This document shows positions 56,809 to 64,000 of a stretch of DNA of 64,000 nt, one piece after another. The notes under the pieces were generated by a model. That model was not told where the DNA came from. It made no database searches and was given only the letters and a program-made list of their open reading frames with translations. Numbering within the stretch: the first letter of the stretch is position 1; each line of letters begins with the position of its first letter. Location of the stretch: the NCBI GenBank assembly GCA_019931245.1, contig JAINDL010000011.1:13531-77530 (forward strand), read 5' to 3'. The stretch comes from Bryobacteraceae bacterium CoA2 C42. Lineage in GTDB: Bacteria; Acidobacteriota; Terriglobia; Bryobacterales; Bryobacteraceae. A program made the position numbers and the translations under genes.

Positions 56809-56898
56809 TGGCGGAGAAGGTGAGATTCGAACTCACGGTACCCTTTCAGGTACGACGGTTTTCAAGACCGGTGCCTTAAACCGCTCGGCCACTTCTCC
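56809..56898 (-). tRNA. tRNA-Ser (anticodon UGA), class II with long variable arm, CCA encoded
   Basis: The reverse complement GGAGAAGTGGCCGAGCGGTTTAAGGCACCGGTCTTGAAAACCGTCGTACCTGAAAGGGTACCGTGAGTTCGAATCTCACCTTCTCCGCCA folds by hand into a cloverleaf. It has a 7-bp acceptor stem, a 3-bp D stem, the anticodon loop CT-TGA-AA, a 5-bp variable arm (GTACC/GGTAC), a T arm GTGAG-TTCGAAT-CTCAC, discriminator G, and CCA. Confidence 0.93.
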
Positions 56899-56952
56899 CC
56901 GCCGTGAACATTCTTTAGTTTACCCCAATTTACCCAGGTATAATGAAGGAGC

Positions 56953-57750
56953 TTGGAACTCGAAAAGACGCTGCTGCGGAAAGTTGGCGAGGCGATCCGG
57001 AAGTACGACATGATTCGCGAAGGGGATCGCGTTGCCGTCGGCCTTTCGGGAGGCAAGGATTCGGTCACCCTCCTCGAGGCGCTGCTGCTCCTGCAGAAAC
57101 GGGCTCCGATCCGGTTTGAAGTGGCGGCCTTCACGATTGAGCAGGGCAAGTTCCTGGCCTCCATCCGGCCCTTTGGGGAATATCTCCGCTCCCGCGGGGT
57201 CGAGTGGGAGTATTTTGAAGATGCTCCTAGCTTTCGTCTGCTCGAAGAACAGCCCGACCATGGCTGCGATCTCTGCAGCCGCTTCCGCCGCCGGGCCGTC
57301 TACGAGGTCGGCAAGCGCATGGGGGCCAACGTGATCGCCCTTGGCCATACCGCCGATGATTTCTGTGAGTCGCTCCTGCGCAACGCCATGTTCACGGGCC
57401 GCATGGCCGCCCTGCCCGCAGTCACCTGGAGCGCCGAACGCGATTTCCGGCTCATCCGACCGCTCGTCTTCGTCAGCGAGGAGATCACCACCGCCTACGC
57501 CGCCAAACTGACCGCACCGGTCATCCCCTGCGGCTGCTCCCAAAAGACCGGTACGGTCCGCCGCACGCTCCGCGATATCTTCAAGGATCTCGGAGCCGAA
57601 CACCCGTTTCTAAAGGAAAATTTGCTCTCCGCCATGGGTAACCTCGAGACGTCCCGCCTGCTCGATCCCCGCTATCTCCCCGCCGACAGCGGCGGCCAGC
57701 CTGCCGCTCCCCCGGCTCCGAACCCCTTCCCGATTGTCATGGAGATGTAA
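56953..57750 (+). CDS. ttcA: tRNA 2-thiocytidine(32) synthetase TtcA-like PP-loop ATPase
   Basis: LRKVGEAIRKYDMIREGDRVAVGLSGGKDS (PP-loop SGGKDS), and Cys motifs DHGCDLCSRFRR and PCGCS. The start is uncertain: the TTG at 56953 is the only in-frame start that keeps the conserved N-terminal region. Confidence 0.85.
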   Translation: MELEKTLLRKVGEAIRKYDMIREGDRVAVGLSGGKDSVTLLEALLLLQKRAPIRFEVAAFTIEQGKFLASIRPFGEYLRSRGVEWEYFEDAPSFRLLEEQPDHGCDLCSRFRRRAVYEVGKRMGANVIALGHTADDFCESLLRNAMFTGRMAALPAVTWSAERDFRLIRPLVFVSEEITTAYAAKLTAPVIPCGCSQKTGTVRRTLRDIFKDLGAEHPFLKENLLSAMGNLETSRLLDPRYLPADSGGQPAAPPAPNPFPIVMEM

Positions 57751-57859
57751 CCAACTACACGTTGCGGTTCGGGCAACCCTTTGCGACACTAGGGTTTCTT
57801 CGATCTCCGTTAAGCCTTTTCTCTGAATCCGAATGCCAAGTAGCACGAACTGAGGCGCT

Positions 57860-58474
57860 ATGAGATTTCTTCCCAAGGAAGAGAAGTTTTTTGCACAATT
57901 TAACAGTCAAACCCGGGCGATAGCCCAGGCCGCGGTCGTTCTCGCCGAAGGCGTCAGCCAGGGCAACTCTCAACTGAAGCTGATGGCTCCCCGGATCGAG
58001 CAACTCGAGGAAGAGGCCGACGAGGTCCTTCATGAGGTCTTCACCCGGCTCAACCAGACCTTTATCACTCCGTTCGACCCGGAGGATATCCACTCGCTCT
58101 GCTCCCACCTCGATGACGTCATGGACGGTCTCGAAGACGTGGCCCACCGGATCGTCTCCTACCGGATCGACCCCATCCCGCAGCCGGTCAAGGAGATCTG
58201 CCGCCTTCTGCAGGAGTGCTCGGCCGAGTTGAGCAAGGCTGTGGAGGCGCTCGAAAATATGCCGAACATCCACCGGCACTGCATCGAGATCAATCGCCTC
58301 GAGGGACAGATCGATACGCTCGTCCGGCAGGCGATCGTCGATCTGTTTGATAACGAGCCGAACCCGGTGCAGGTCATCAAACTCAAAGAGATTTACGACT
58401 ATCTCGAAAGCACCGCCGATGCGTGTGAAGATGTCGCCGATGTCCTCCAGGGCATCGTTGTAAAGAACAGCTGA
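57860..58474 (+). CDS. DUF47-family (PhoU-like) phosphate transport regulator
   Basis: N-terminus FLPKEEKFF.QF and a helical repeat with DEV.HEV...L...FITPFDPEDI..L and a C-terminal acidic end. It is immediately upstream of a PiT transporter gene, the usual pairing. Confidence 0.85.
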   Translation: MRFLPKEEKFFAQFNSQTRAIAQAAVVLAEGVSQGNSQLKLMAPRIEQLEEEADEVLHEVFTRLNQTFITPFDPEDIHSLCSHLDDVMDGLEDVAHRIVSYRIDPIPQPVKEICRLLQECSAELSKAVEALENMPNIHRHCIEINRLEGQIDTLVRQAIVDLFDNEPNPVQVIKLKEIYDYLESTADACEDVADVLQGIVVKNS

Positions 58475-58482
58475 CGGCCGGC

Positions 58483-59511
58483 ATGGATACCACCCTCGTT
58501 CTGGTAGCCCTGATTATTGCGGTCGCGCTGGCCTTTGACTTCATCAACGGTTTTCATGACGCGGCCAACTCGGTCGCCACCATTGTCGCGACCAGGGTCC
58601 TGAGTCCCTTTAGCGCCGTGGCCTGGGCCGCCTTCTGGAACTTCATCGCGGCGTTTGCTTTTGAAACCGGCGTGGCCAGCACGGTCGGCAAGGGCATGGT
58701 CGACCTGAAGTTCGTGACGCCCTACGTCATCCTGGCAGGACTGGTCGGCGCCATTGTCTGGGATCTCATCACCTGGTATTGGGGCCTGCCCACCAGCTCC
58801 TCGCACGCCCTGCTCGGCGGCTACGGCGGCGCGGCGATGGCCAAGGTCGCCATGACGGCCGGCATCGCCCACAGCTTCGATGCGCTCATCTTCAGCGGCT
58901 GGTCGAAGACCATCGCCTTCATCATCATCTCCCCGCTGCTCGGCATGCTGCTGGCCTACGGCCTGATGATCGCCATCTTCTGGATCTTCCGCAACGCCTC
59001 GCCGGTCCGGATGGACCGCTGGTTTTGCACCCTCCAGCTGCTCAGTTCCGCCATCTTCTCCTTCGCCCATGGCACCAACGATGCCCAGAAGACGATGGGC
59101 ATCATCACGGGGGTCCTGGTCACGGCCGGTTATCTGAACACCTTCGTCGTCCCGGTGCCGATCATCTTCGCCGCCCACCTCGCCATCGGTCTTGGTACCC
59201 TCAGCGGCGGCTGGCGCATCATTAAGACGATGGGCGGTCGCCTCACCCGCCTCCGCCCCCGCGGCGGCTTCAGCGCCGAAACGGCAGCCGCCATGTCGAT
59301 CCTGTTTGCCACCTATCTGAAGATGCCGGTCTCGACCACCCACGTTATCGCCGGCGCCATCGCCGGCGTCGGCTCCATTCAGCGTCTCAAAGCCGTCCGT
59401 TGGGGGCTGGCCACCAACATCGTCTGGGCCTGGGTGATGACGATTCCCGCCTCCGCTCTCGTCGGGGCGCTCGTGATGATTCTTATCCGCGTCCTCGCCG
59501 GCAAAGACTGA
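58483..59511 (+). CDS. pit: Inorganic phosphate transporter, PiT family
   Basis: Duplicated PiT signature (FDFINGFHDAANSVATIV and FSFAHGTNDAQKTMGII) in a polytopic membrane protein. Confidence 0.92.
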   Translation: MDTTLVLVALIIAVALAFDFINGFHDAANSVATIVATRVLSPFSAVAWAAFWNFIAAFAFETGVASTVGKGMVDLKFVTPYVILAGLVGAIVWDLITWYWGLPTSSSHALLGGYGGAAMAKVAMTAGIAHSFDALIFSGWSKTIAFIIISPLLGMLLAYGLMIAIFWIFRNASPVRMDRWFCTLQLLSSAIFSFAHGTNDAQKTMGIITGVLVTAGYLNTFVVPVPIIFAAHLAIGLGTLSGGWRIIKTMGGRLTRLRPRGGFSAETAAAMSILFATYLKMPVSTTHVIAGAIAGVGSIQRLKAVRWGLATNIVWAWVMTIPASALVGALVMILIRVLAGKD

Positions 59512-61678
59512 CGGCCGCTAGCAGTCCAAGCGCCGTCACCACCAACCCCACCGTCAAACTCCACGGCCAGAACCGCATAGCGATCTCGTGCTCGCCCGCC
59601 GTCTCGATAAACACCCCCCGCATGCAGCCGTTCACGATCTCGATCCGCGCCGGCCGCCCGTTTACCGTAGCCGTCCAGCCTGGGCTCCACGTATCCGCCA
59701 CCACGAACAGCGCCCGCCCCTCGGTCGCCACCCGCCACGATAACGCCGCGTTCTCCACGCGCTCGGCGACAATCCGCCCCGCCGCCAGCGGCGTCCGCCC
59801 CGTCATCCTCTCCACCATCGCCGCCCCCGCCGAATCAAACCCCGCGGCCCATCCCCGCTCCGCCGCGCCCAAATCGGCCACCCCCACCGCCTCGCGCACA
59901 AAGCGAAACCGCGGCAATACCCCCGGGTTTTCAAACACCGTCACCCCCTCCCGCGACGCGGCCAACTCCCGATACCCCTTCGCCCCCCGCACCGCCGCCA
60001 CACTCTCCGGCTCCTTCGTCAACAGAAACCGCACCCCCAGCGCCGAAAGCAGCCTCTGCCGCCCGGCCAGCGCCGCGCCCCCCTCCCCGTTCAGCGCAAA
60101 ACCGGTCAGCGCCTGATAGCGCTTCGTCCACATCGGCGTATAGTCGTTCGCCGTCTGCAGCCCGTACAGCATACTCTGCAGCGGGTAGGTCTGCCACAGC
60201 CGCGGATCTACCGGCAAAATCCGCTCGTGCACCGCATCGTAGCCCCGCTCAAACAGATACTTCACCTCGCTGCGCCGCTCCCGGCCGTACAGGTCCGTCG
60301 TGTTCGGATTGTCGTAGATCGTCCGCCCGACGCTCCCCGTATCCACCACCAGCAGCAGACCCCAAGCCCAGCCCGGCGCCCGCCGCCACAAACACATCCC
60401 CGCCGCCAGCAACGCCACTACCGGCCCCCACATCGTCACGCTCGTCCACGCCGTATTCTGCTCCCGCCACGCCGCCGCCGACAGATCCGTCACCAGCACG
60501 TTCACCGAATCATAGATCGGCACCCGCCACGCCCAGACCAAGCTGGCCCCCACCCCGGCGCCCACGGCCAAAAAGACCCACCGCCGCCCCCGGCTCTCCG
60601 CCAAACGGCTCAGCCCCAGCGCCGCCAGCACGCTCACCGCCAGGTGCATCTCCATCCGGTGCCGCCCCGCCGCCCGGAAGAGGTTATAAACCGGCACCCG
60701 GAACAGCACCTGCTGCACCGGCTCCCAGCCCAGCGATAGCGCCAGACTCACCGCCAGCACCCCAACCCAGAATCGCGCCTCCCGCCCCCGGGCCAGGCCC
60801 GCCAGCACCAGCGGCGCCAAACCGCAATACAGATAGACCTCCACCAACTGCGCGTCCAGCGCATAGCTCGGCACCCCGTGCATCCCGCCCAATACATTCG
60901 GCACAAACCACGCCGCCAGGTGCGCCGCCGGCAGGGCGTTTTGCTGGAACATGGCAAAGGTGAGGCTTTCGCGCGTCATGTGGGGCAAGGCTTCGGCCAC
61001 CGCCAGCCACTGCAGCGAACTCAGCGCCGCGCCCAACGCCACCATCCATCCCCACCCGGTCAACGCCCGCCGCCACCCGCCCCGCCAAACCCAGTAAGGC
61101 CCCAGCACCAGCAGCCCGTGGACCGTCATCTGCGGGAAGCCCGCCAGAATGGAGAGCGCCAACACCCCGCCCGCCCCCACGGCCACCCGCCGTTCGCCCG
61201 TCGCCGCATGGCGCGCCGCCAGCCCCAGCCACAGCGGCAGCCACACCGCGGTCGTCACCATCGCCTGATGGCCCTTATGCGCCACCAGAAACCCGCCCGT
61301 CAGAAACGACAGGCCGCCCCAGAACGCCGACTCCCGCCCGAGACCCGTCTGCCGCATCCACAGGTAGAAGCCGAGGCCGCCCAACGCATAGTGGCCCAGC
61401 AAAAACAGGTTGTAGCCCAGCGTGTTCGGCAGCGCGGACATCGCCAGCAGCGCCGGCGGATAGAGCGCCTGAAACTGTGTGTTGGCGAACGTGTACTGCC
61501 CAAGCTGCACATACGGATTCCACGGCGACAGGCTGGTGGCGAACAGCTTCGAAGGAAGGCCGGCCGTATAACTATCGCCGCCCCCCAGCATCTGCGTCCA
61601 CAGGTTTACGCCGAAGCCATGCAGCAGCCACGCCGCCAGGAGATACAAGCCGAAGATCCCCGCCCAACGCCGCGCCAT
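59483..61678 (-). CDS. Large polytopic membrane protein, YfhO-like (function unknown; possibly glycosyltransferase-C-like)
   Basis: 731 aa, with at least 12 hydrophobic helices followed by a soluble C-terminal domain and a final TM helix. The N-terminal GGGDSYTAGLP...WNPY region is reminiscent of YfhO-type proteins. The assignment is weak. Confidence 0.7.
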   Translation of the reverse strand: MARRWAGIFGLYLLAAWLLHGFGVNLWTQMLGGGDSYTAGLPSKLFATSLSPWNPYVQLGQYTFANTQFQALYPPALLAMSALPNTLGYNLFLLGHYALGGLGFYLWMRQTGLGRESAFWGGLSFLTGGFLVAHKGHQAMVTTAVWLPLWLGLAARHAATGERRVAVGAGGVLALSILAGFPQMTVHGLLVLGPYWVWRGGWRRALTGWGWMVALGAALSSLQWLAVAEALPHMTRESLTFAMFQQNALPAAHLAAWFVPNVLGGMHGVPSYALDAQLVEVYLYCGLAPLVLAGLARGREARFWVGVLAVSLALSLGWEPVQQVLFRVPVYNLFRAAGRHRMEMHLAVSVLAALGLSRLAESRGRRWVFLAVGAGVGASLVWAWRVPIYDSVNVLVTDLSAAAWREQNTAWTSVTMWGPVVALLAAGMCLWRRAPGWAWGLLLVVDTGSVGRTIYDNPNTTDLYGRERRSEVKYLFERGYDAVHERILPVDPRLWQTYPLQSMLYGLQTANDYTPMWTKRYQALTGFALNGEGGAALAGRQRLLSALGVRFLLTKEPESVAAVRGAKGYRELAASREGVTVFENPGVLPRFRFVREAVGVADLGAAERGWAAGFDSAGAAMVERMTGRTPLAAGRIVAERVENAALSWRVATEGRALFVVADTWSPGWTATVNGRPARIEIVNGCMRGVFIETAGEHEIAMRFWPWSLTVGLVVTALGLLAAVSLCRRGRG

Positions 61679-62188
61679 CTACGGCACCCTCCACGCGCCC
61701 GCCGGCGCCAACCCGTCACTCTCCCCGTTGCCTCCCTGCGCGATCGTGTACAGCTGCTTCTCTCCGGCAAAGCCCGGCCGCGCCGCCACCCGCAGCCCCA
61801 CCGCCACCCGCTCCCGGCTCTTCTCCACCGGACCGGCCGTCACCTCACACTGCCCGTTGCTCACCCGCCCGTCCGCCCCCGCCGCCGCGGAACCCGACCC
61901 GCTATCGTTCACCAGCCGCACCAACCCGGCGGCCACCTCCACCAACACATAACAGGCCCTCTCCCCGGATGGCCCGCTGTTGATCAGCACTCCCAACAAC
62001 GCCGGCTCCGGCTTGCCCGGCGCCCGGTCCAGCCGCAGCGTCAACCCGCCCGGCGACCGGTCCACCGTCACCGTCCCGAACAGCGGACTCGGCCCCATCG
62101 GCGCCGCCACCCCATCGGCGGCCGGCCGGCCGCAACCCGCCGCCAACAGCACCAGCCCCCCGCATAGCACCCGGTTCCGTCCCGCCAC
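61679..62188 (-). CDS. Lipoprotein of unknown function
   Basis: Lipobox LVLLAAGCG. It abuts both neighbouring genes with 0-nt gaps. Confidence 0.6.
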   Translation of the reverse strand: MAGRNRVLCGGLVLLAAGCGRPAADGVAAPMGPSPLFGTVTVDRSPGGLTLRLDRAPGKPEPALLGVLINSGPSGERACYVLVEVAAGLVRLVNDSGSGSAAAGADGRVSNGQCEVTAGPVEKSRERVAVGLRVAARPGFAGEKQLYTIAQGGNGESDGLAPAGAWRVP

Positions 62189-63574
62189 TCAGTGCCCCCG
62201 GCTCCAGTCCGGTCCGGCAAACCGTCGCCGCACCCCGCCCCACCACACCAGCGCCAGCCCCGCTACAATACCCACCATCGTCTTACCCGCCAGCGCATTC
62301 GGCGGCATCATCAGAATGAAGCAGATGAAGGTCGTATAAACAATCGCCACTAGATTCACCCACCTTCCCGCCCGCCCCAGGTTCCATACCGCCTCGCCCA
62401 CCCACTCCCGCCGCTTCCGCCACCCGAGCCATACCGGAATCACATACGCCCAATAAAGCGACACCGTGCTCAACGACGTCACCACCGGCACCGCCTCGCC
62501 CCAAGCCATTACCACCGCCGAACTCGCCGCCACCGCCAGCACCGCCACCTGCGGTACCCCGTGCGCATCCACGCGACGGAACAGGCGCGCCCCCGGCAGC
62601 CCCCCGTCCCGCGCAAACGAGTAAACCGTCCGCGAACCCGACACCAGCGTCGACAGCCCGCAAAACCACATCGCCAGCGCTACCCCCAGGCTCATCAGCG
62701 CGCCCGCCCGTTCCCCCAGCGCCCCGGCGAAGATCGCAATCGCCATCGGCGTACTCCCGGTCGCCGCCGGCGGCTTCTCGCCGATCGCCAGCGTCAACAT
62801 CAGCAGCATCGCATAGCCGAACACCCCGGAGACCCCGACCGACAGCACCATCCCCCACGGCGCCTTCGTCCGCGGACTCTCCGTCTCCTCGGCCATGTGC
62901 GCCGAGGCGTCAAAACCGGTGTAGGTCCAGTGCGCCTGCAGCAGTCCCAACAGAAAGACCCAAACATAGGGCGTCCCGGCCGACCGCTCCATCAGGAACG
63001 ACGCCGGCCGCAGCGGTGCGCCCCACCACAAAGCCCCCAGAATCAGCACGACCCCCGCGATGTGCACCACCACGCTCGCATCGTTCATCCACGAAACCCA
63101 CTGGACCCGCAGCAGGTTGAACAACGCCTGTGCTGCCGTCAGCAGCAGAAACAGCAGAAACACCCGTTCGGCCGGCCAGCCGATCACCGGCCCGAGAAAC
63201 TGCGCACAGCTGTAATTGATCCCGGCCACCATCGCCAGCAGCCCCACCAGATTCATCCACGAAACAAACCACGCCAAGCCGGGGTTACCCAGCGCCGCCG
63301 TCCAGTGGTACATCGCCCCGGCCGTCGGGAAGGCCGAACACAGCTCCGCCATGCTCGCCGCCAGCAGCAGCGAGAACACCGTCGCCACCGGCCAGCCGAG
63401 CGTCATCTCGAGCGGCCCGCCCATCTCGTAGCCGTAGCCGTAGAGCGTCACCGCCCCGGTCAGGATCGAAATGATCGAAAAGGAGATGGCAAAGTTCGAA
63501 AATCCGCCCATGCTCCGCCAAAGTTCCTGGGCGTAGCCAAATCGTGAAAGACTTCGTTCATCCGTTTGGGACAC
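62189..63574 (-). CDS. APC-superfamily amino acid permease
   Basis: A 12-TM architecture with an N-terminal GGFSNFAISFSIISILTG region typical of APC transporters. Confidence 0.85.
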   Translation of the reverse strand: MSQTDERSLSRFGYAQELWRSMGGFSNFAISFSIISILTGAVTLYGYGYEMGGPLEMTLGWPVATVFSLLLAASMAELCSAFPTAGAMYHWTAALGNPGLAWFVSWMNLVGLLAMVAGINYSCAQFLGPVIGWPAERVFLLFLLLTAAQALFNLLRVQWVSWMNDASVVVHIAGVVLILGALWWGAPLRPASFLMERSAGTPYVWVFLLGLLQAHWTYTGFDASAHMAEETESPRTKAPWGMVLSVGVSGVFGYAMLLMLTLAIGEKPPAATGSTPMAIAIFAGALGERAGALMSLGVALAMWFCGLSTLVSGSRTVYSFARDGGLPGARLFRRVDAHGVPQVAVLAVAASSAVVMAWGEAVPVVTSLSTVSLYWAYVIPVWLGWRKRREWVGEAVWNLGRAGRWVNLVAIVYTTFICFILMMPPNALAGKTMVGIVAGLALVWWGGVRRRFAGPDWSRGH

Positions 63575-63583
63575 AATCTAGGT

Positions 63584-64000
63584 ATGATCGCTCATCGCCT
63601 AGCCGCTTTGGTCCTCTTTCTTGCGGGAGCGGCCGCCGCGGCCGGTCCTCTCTCTCCGGCCGAGCGCGAACTGATGGAAGCGATCGGCGCCAACACCCTC
63701 CGCGGCCACCTGTCGTTTCTCGCCTCCGACCTGCTCGAAGGCCGCGATACGCCCTCCCGCGGGCTCGACCTCGCCGCCGAGTACATCGCCAGCCAGTTCC
63801 GCCGCTTCGGCCTCGAACCGGCCGGTGACCAGGGAACTTACTTTCAGAACGCGCCCTACGTGAAGGTCACCCAGCCCATGGACGGCTTCCACCTCCGCAT
63901 CGAGACCGGCGACGGCAAATCCTGGGAGTCCTCCGGCGCCAAACTGATCGCGCTCACCGGCGCCCCGGTGAACCTCTCCGGCCTCGAGGTCGTCAAAGTA
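63584..64000 (+). CDS. M28-family peptidase (PA-domain aminopeptidase-like), N-terminal part; 3' end outside the window
   Basis: The ATG at 63584 opens a frame that stays open to the window end. Signal peptide MIAHRLAALVLFLAGAAAA. The stretch LRGHLSFLASDLLEGRDTPSRGLDLAAEYIASQFRRFGLEP is typical of M28 N-terminal regions. Confidence 0.7.
   Translation, partial: MIAHRLAALVLFLAGAAAAAGPLSPAERELMEAIGANTLRGHLSFLASDLLEGRDTPSRGLDLAAEYIASQFRRFGLEPAGDQGTYFQNAPYVKVTQPMDGFHLRIETGDGKSWESSGAKLIALTGAPVNLSGLEVVKV

Noticed and set aside
56939-56952. A perfect TATAAT followed by AAGGAG and an ATG at 56943, considered as the promoter/RBS/start for ttcA.
   Set aside because: - The ATG at 56943 is out of frame with the conserved TtcA sequence, and its frame is poorly coding.
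- No convincing -35 element lies at 16-18 nt.
- TATAAT and AAGGAG are too close to the TTG start to function together in the classical way.

I kept it only as a note inside the tRNA/ttcA finding.

Overview
This is a GC-rich bacterial chromosomal segment (roughly two-thirds G+C by eye, not computed). It is densely coding: about 58 protein genes and one tRNA, with almost all intergenic gaps under 200 bp.

I saw no rRNA, CRISPR array, transposase, integrase or phage-like gene, so it reads as core chromosome rather than an obvious island.

Gene content, in order:
- Class I ribonucleotide reductase (partial alpha subunit plus beta subunit).
- Two paralogous pairs of Tat-exported GMC oxidoreductase with a small subunit, and two DUF1080-type proteins.
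- A tandem enolase-superfamily pair, translationally coupled to a DUF1592-type (CxxCH motifs) / DUF1552-type gene pair.
- A TgpA-like transglutaminase.
- rph-rdgB, a sulfatase, a NUDIX hydrolase, PolX, a GH88-like hydrolase, a CDF transporter and pyruvate carboxylase.
- A flagellar basal-body/export block: flgB-flgC-fliE-fliF-fliG-fliH-fliI-fliJ.
- A run of three secreted amidohydrolase paralogues.
- A roughly 1525-1544 aa CheB-CheR-coiled coil-PAS-GGDEF-EAL fusion protein.
- A five-gene extracytoplasmic module: DUF1549/1553-type, DUF1501-type, an FGE-like protein and two unknown secreted proteins.
- tRNA-Ser(UGA) divergent from ttcA, then DUF47/Pit phosphate transport.
- A tightly packed operon of APC permease, lipoprotein and a YfhO-like membrane protein.
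- The 5' part of an M28-type peptidase gene.

The family mix (DUF1552/1592, DUF1501/1553, DUF1080, many Tat leaders) is typical of Acidobacteriota- or Planctomycetota-like soil bacteria. I cannot assign a taxon from sequence alone.

Many long ORFs in the six-frame track are antisense or out-of-frame artefacts of the high GC content, and I rejected them.

I found no clear-cut novel system. The most interesting candidates are:
- the five-gene extracytoplasmic module at 44.7-50.5 kb;
- the CheB/CheR-GGDEF-EAL fusion protein;
- the enolase-DUF1592-DUF1552 operon, which has a Tat-like leader on one enolase gene;
- the amidohydrolase trio, in which only the middle copy keeps the HxH metal motif.

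All functional calls come from motif recognition by eye. No database search was run.
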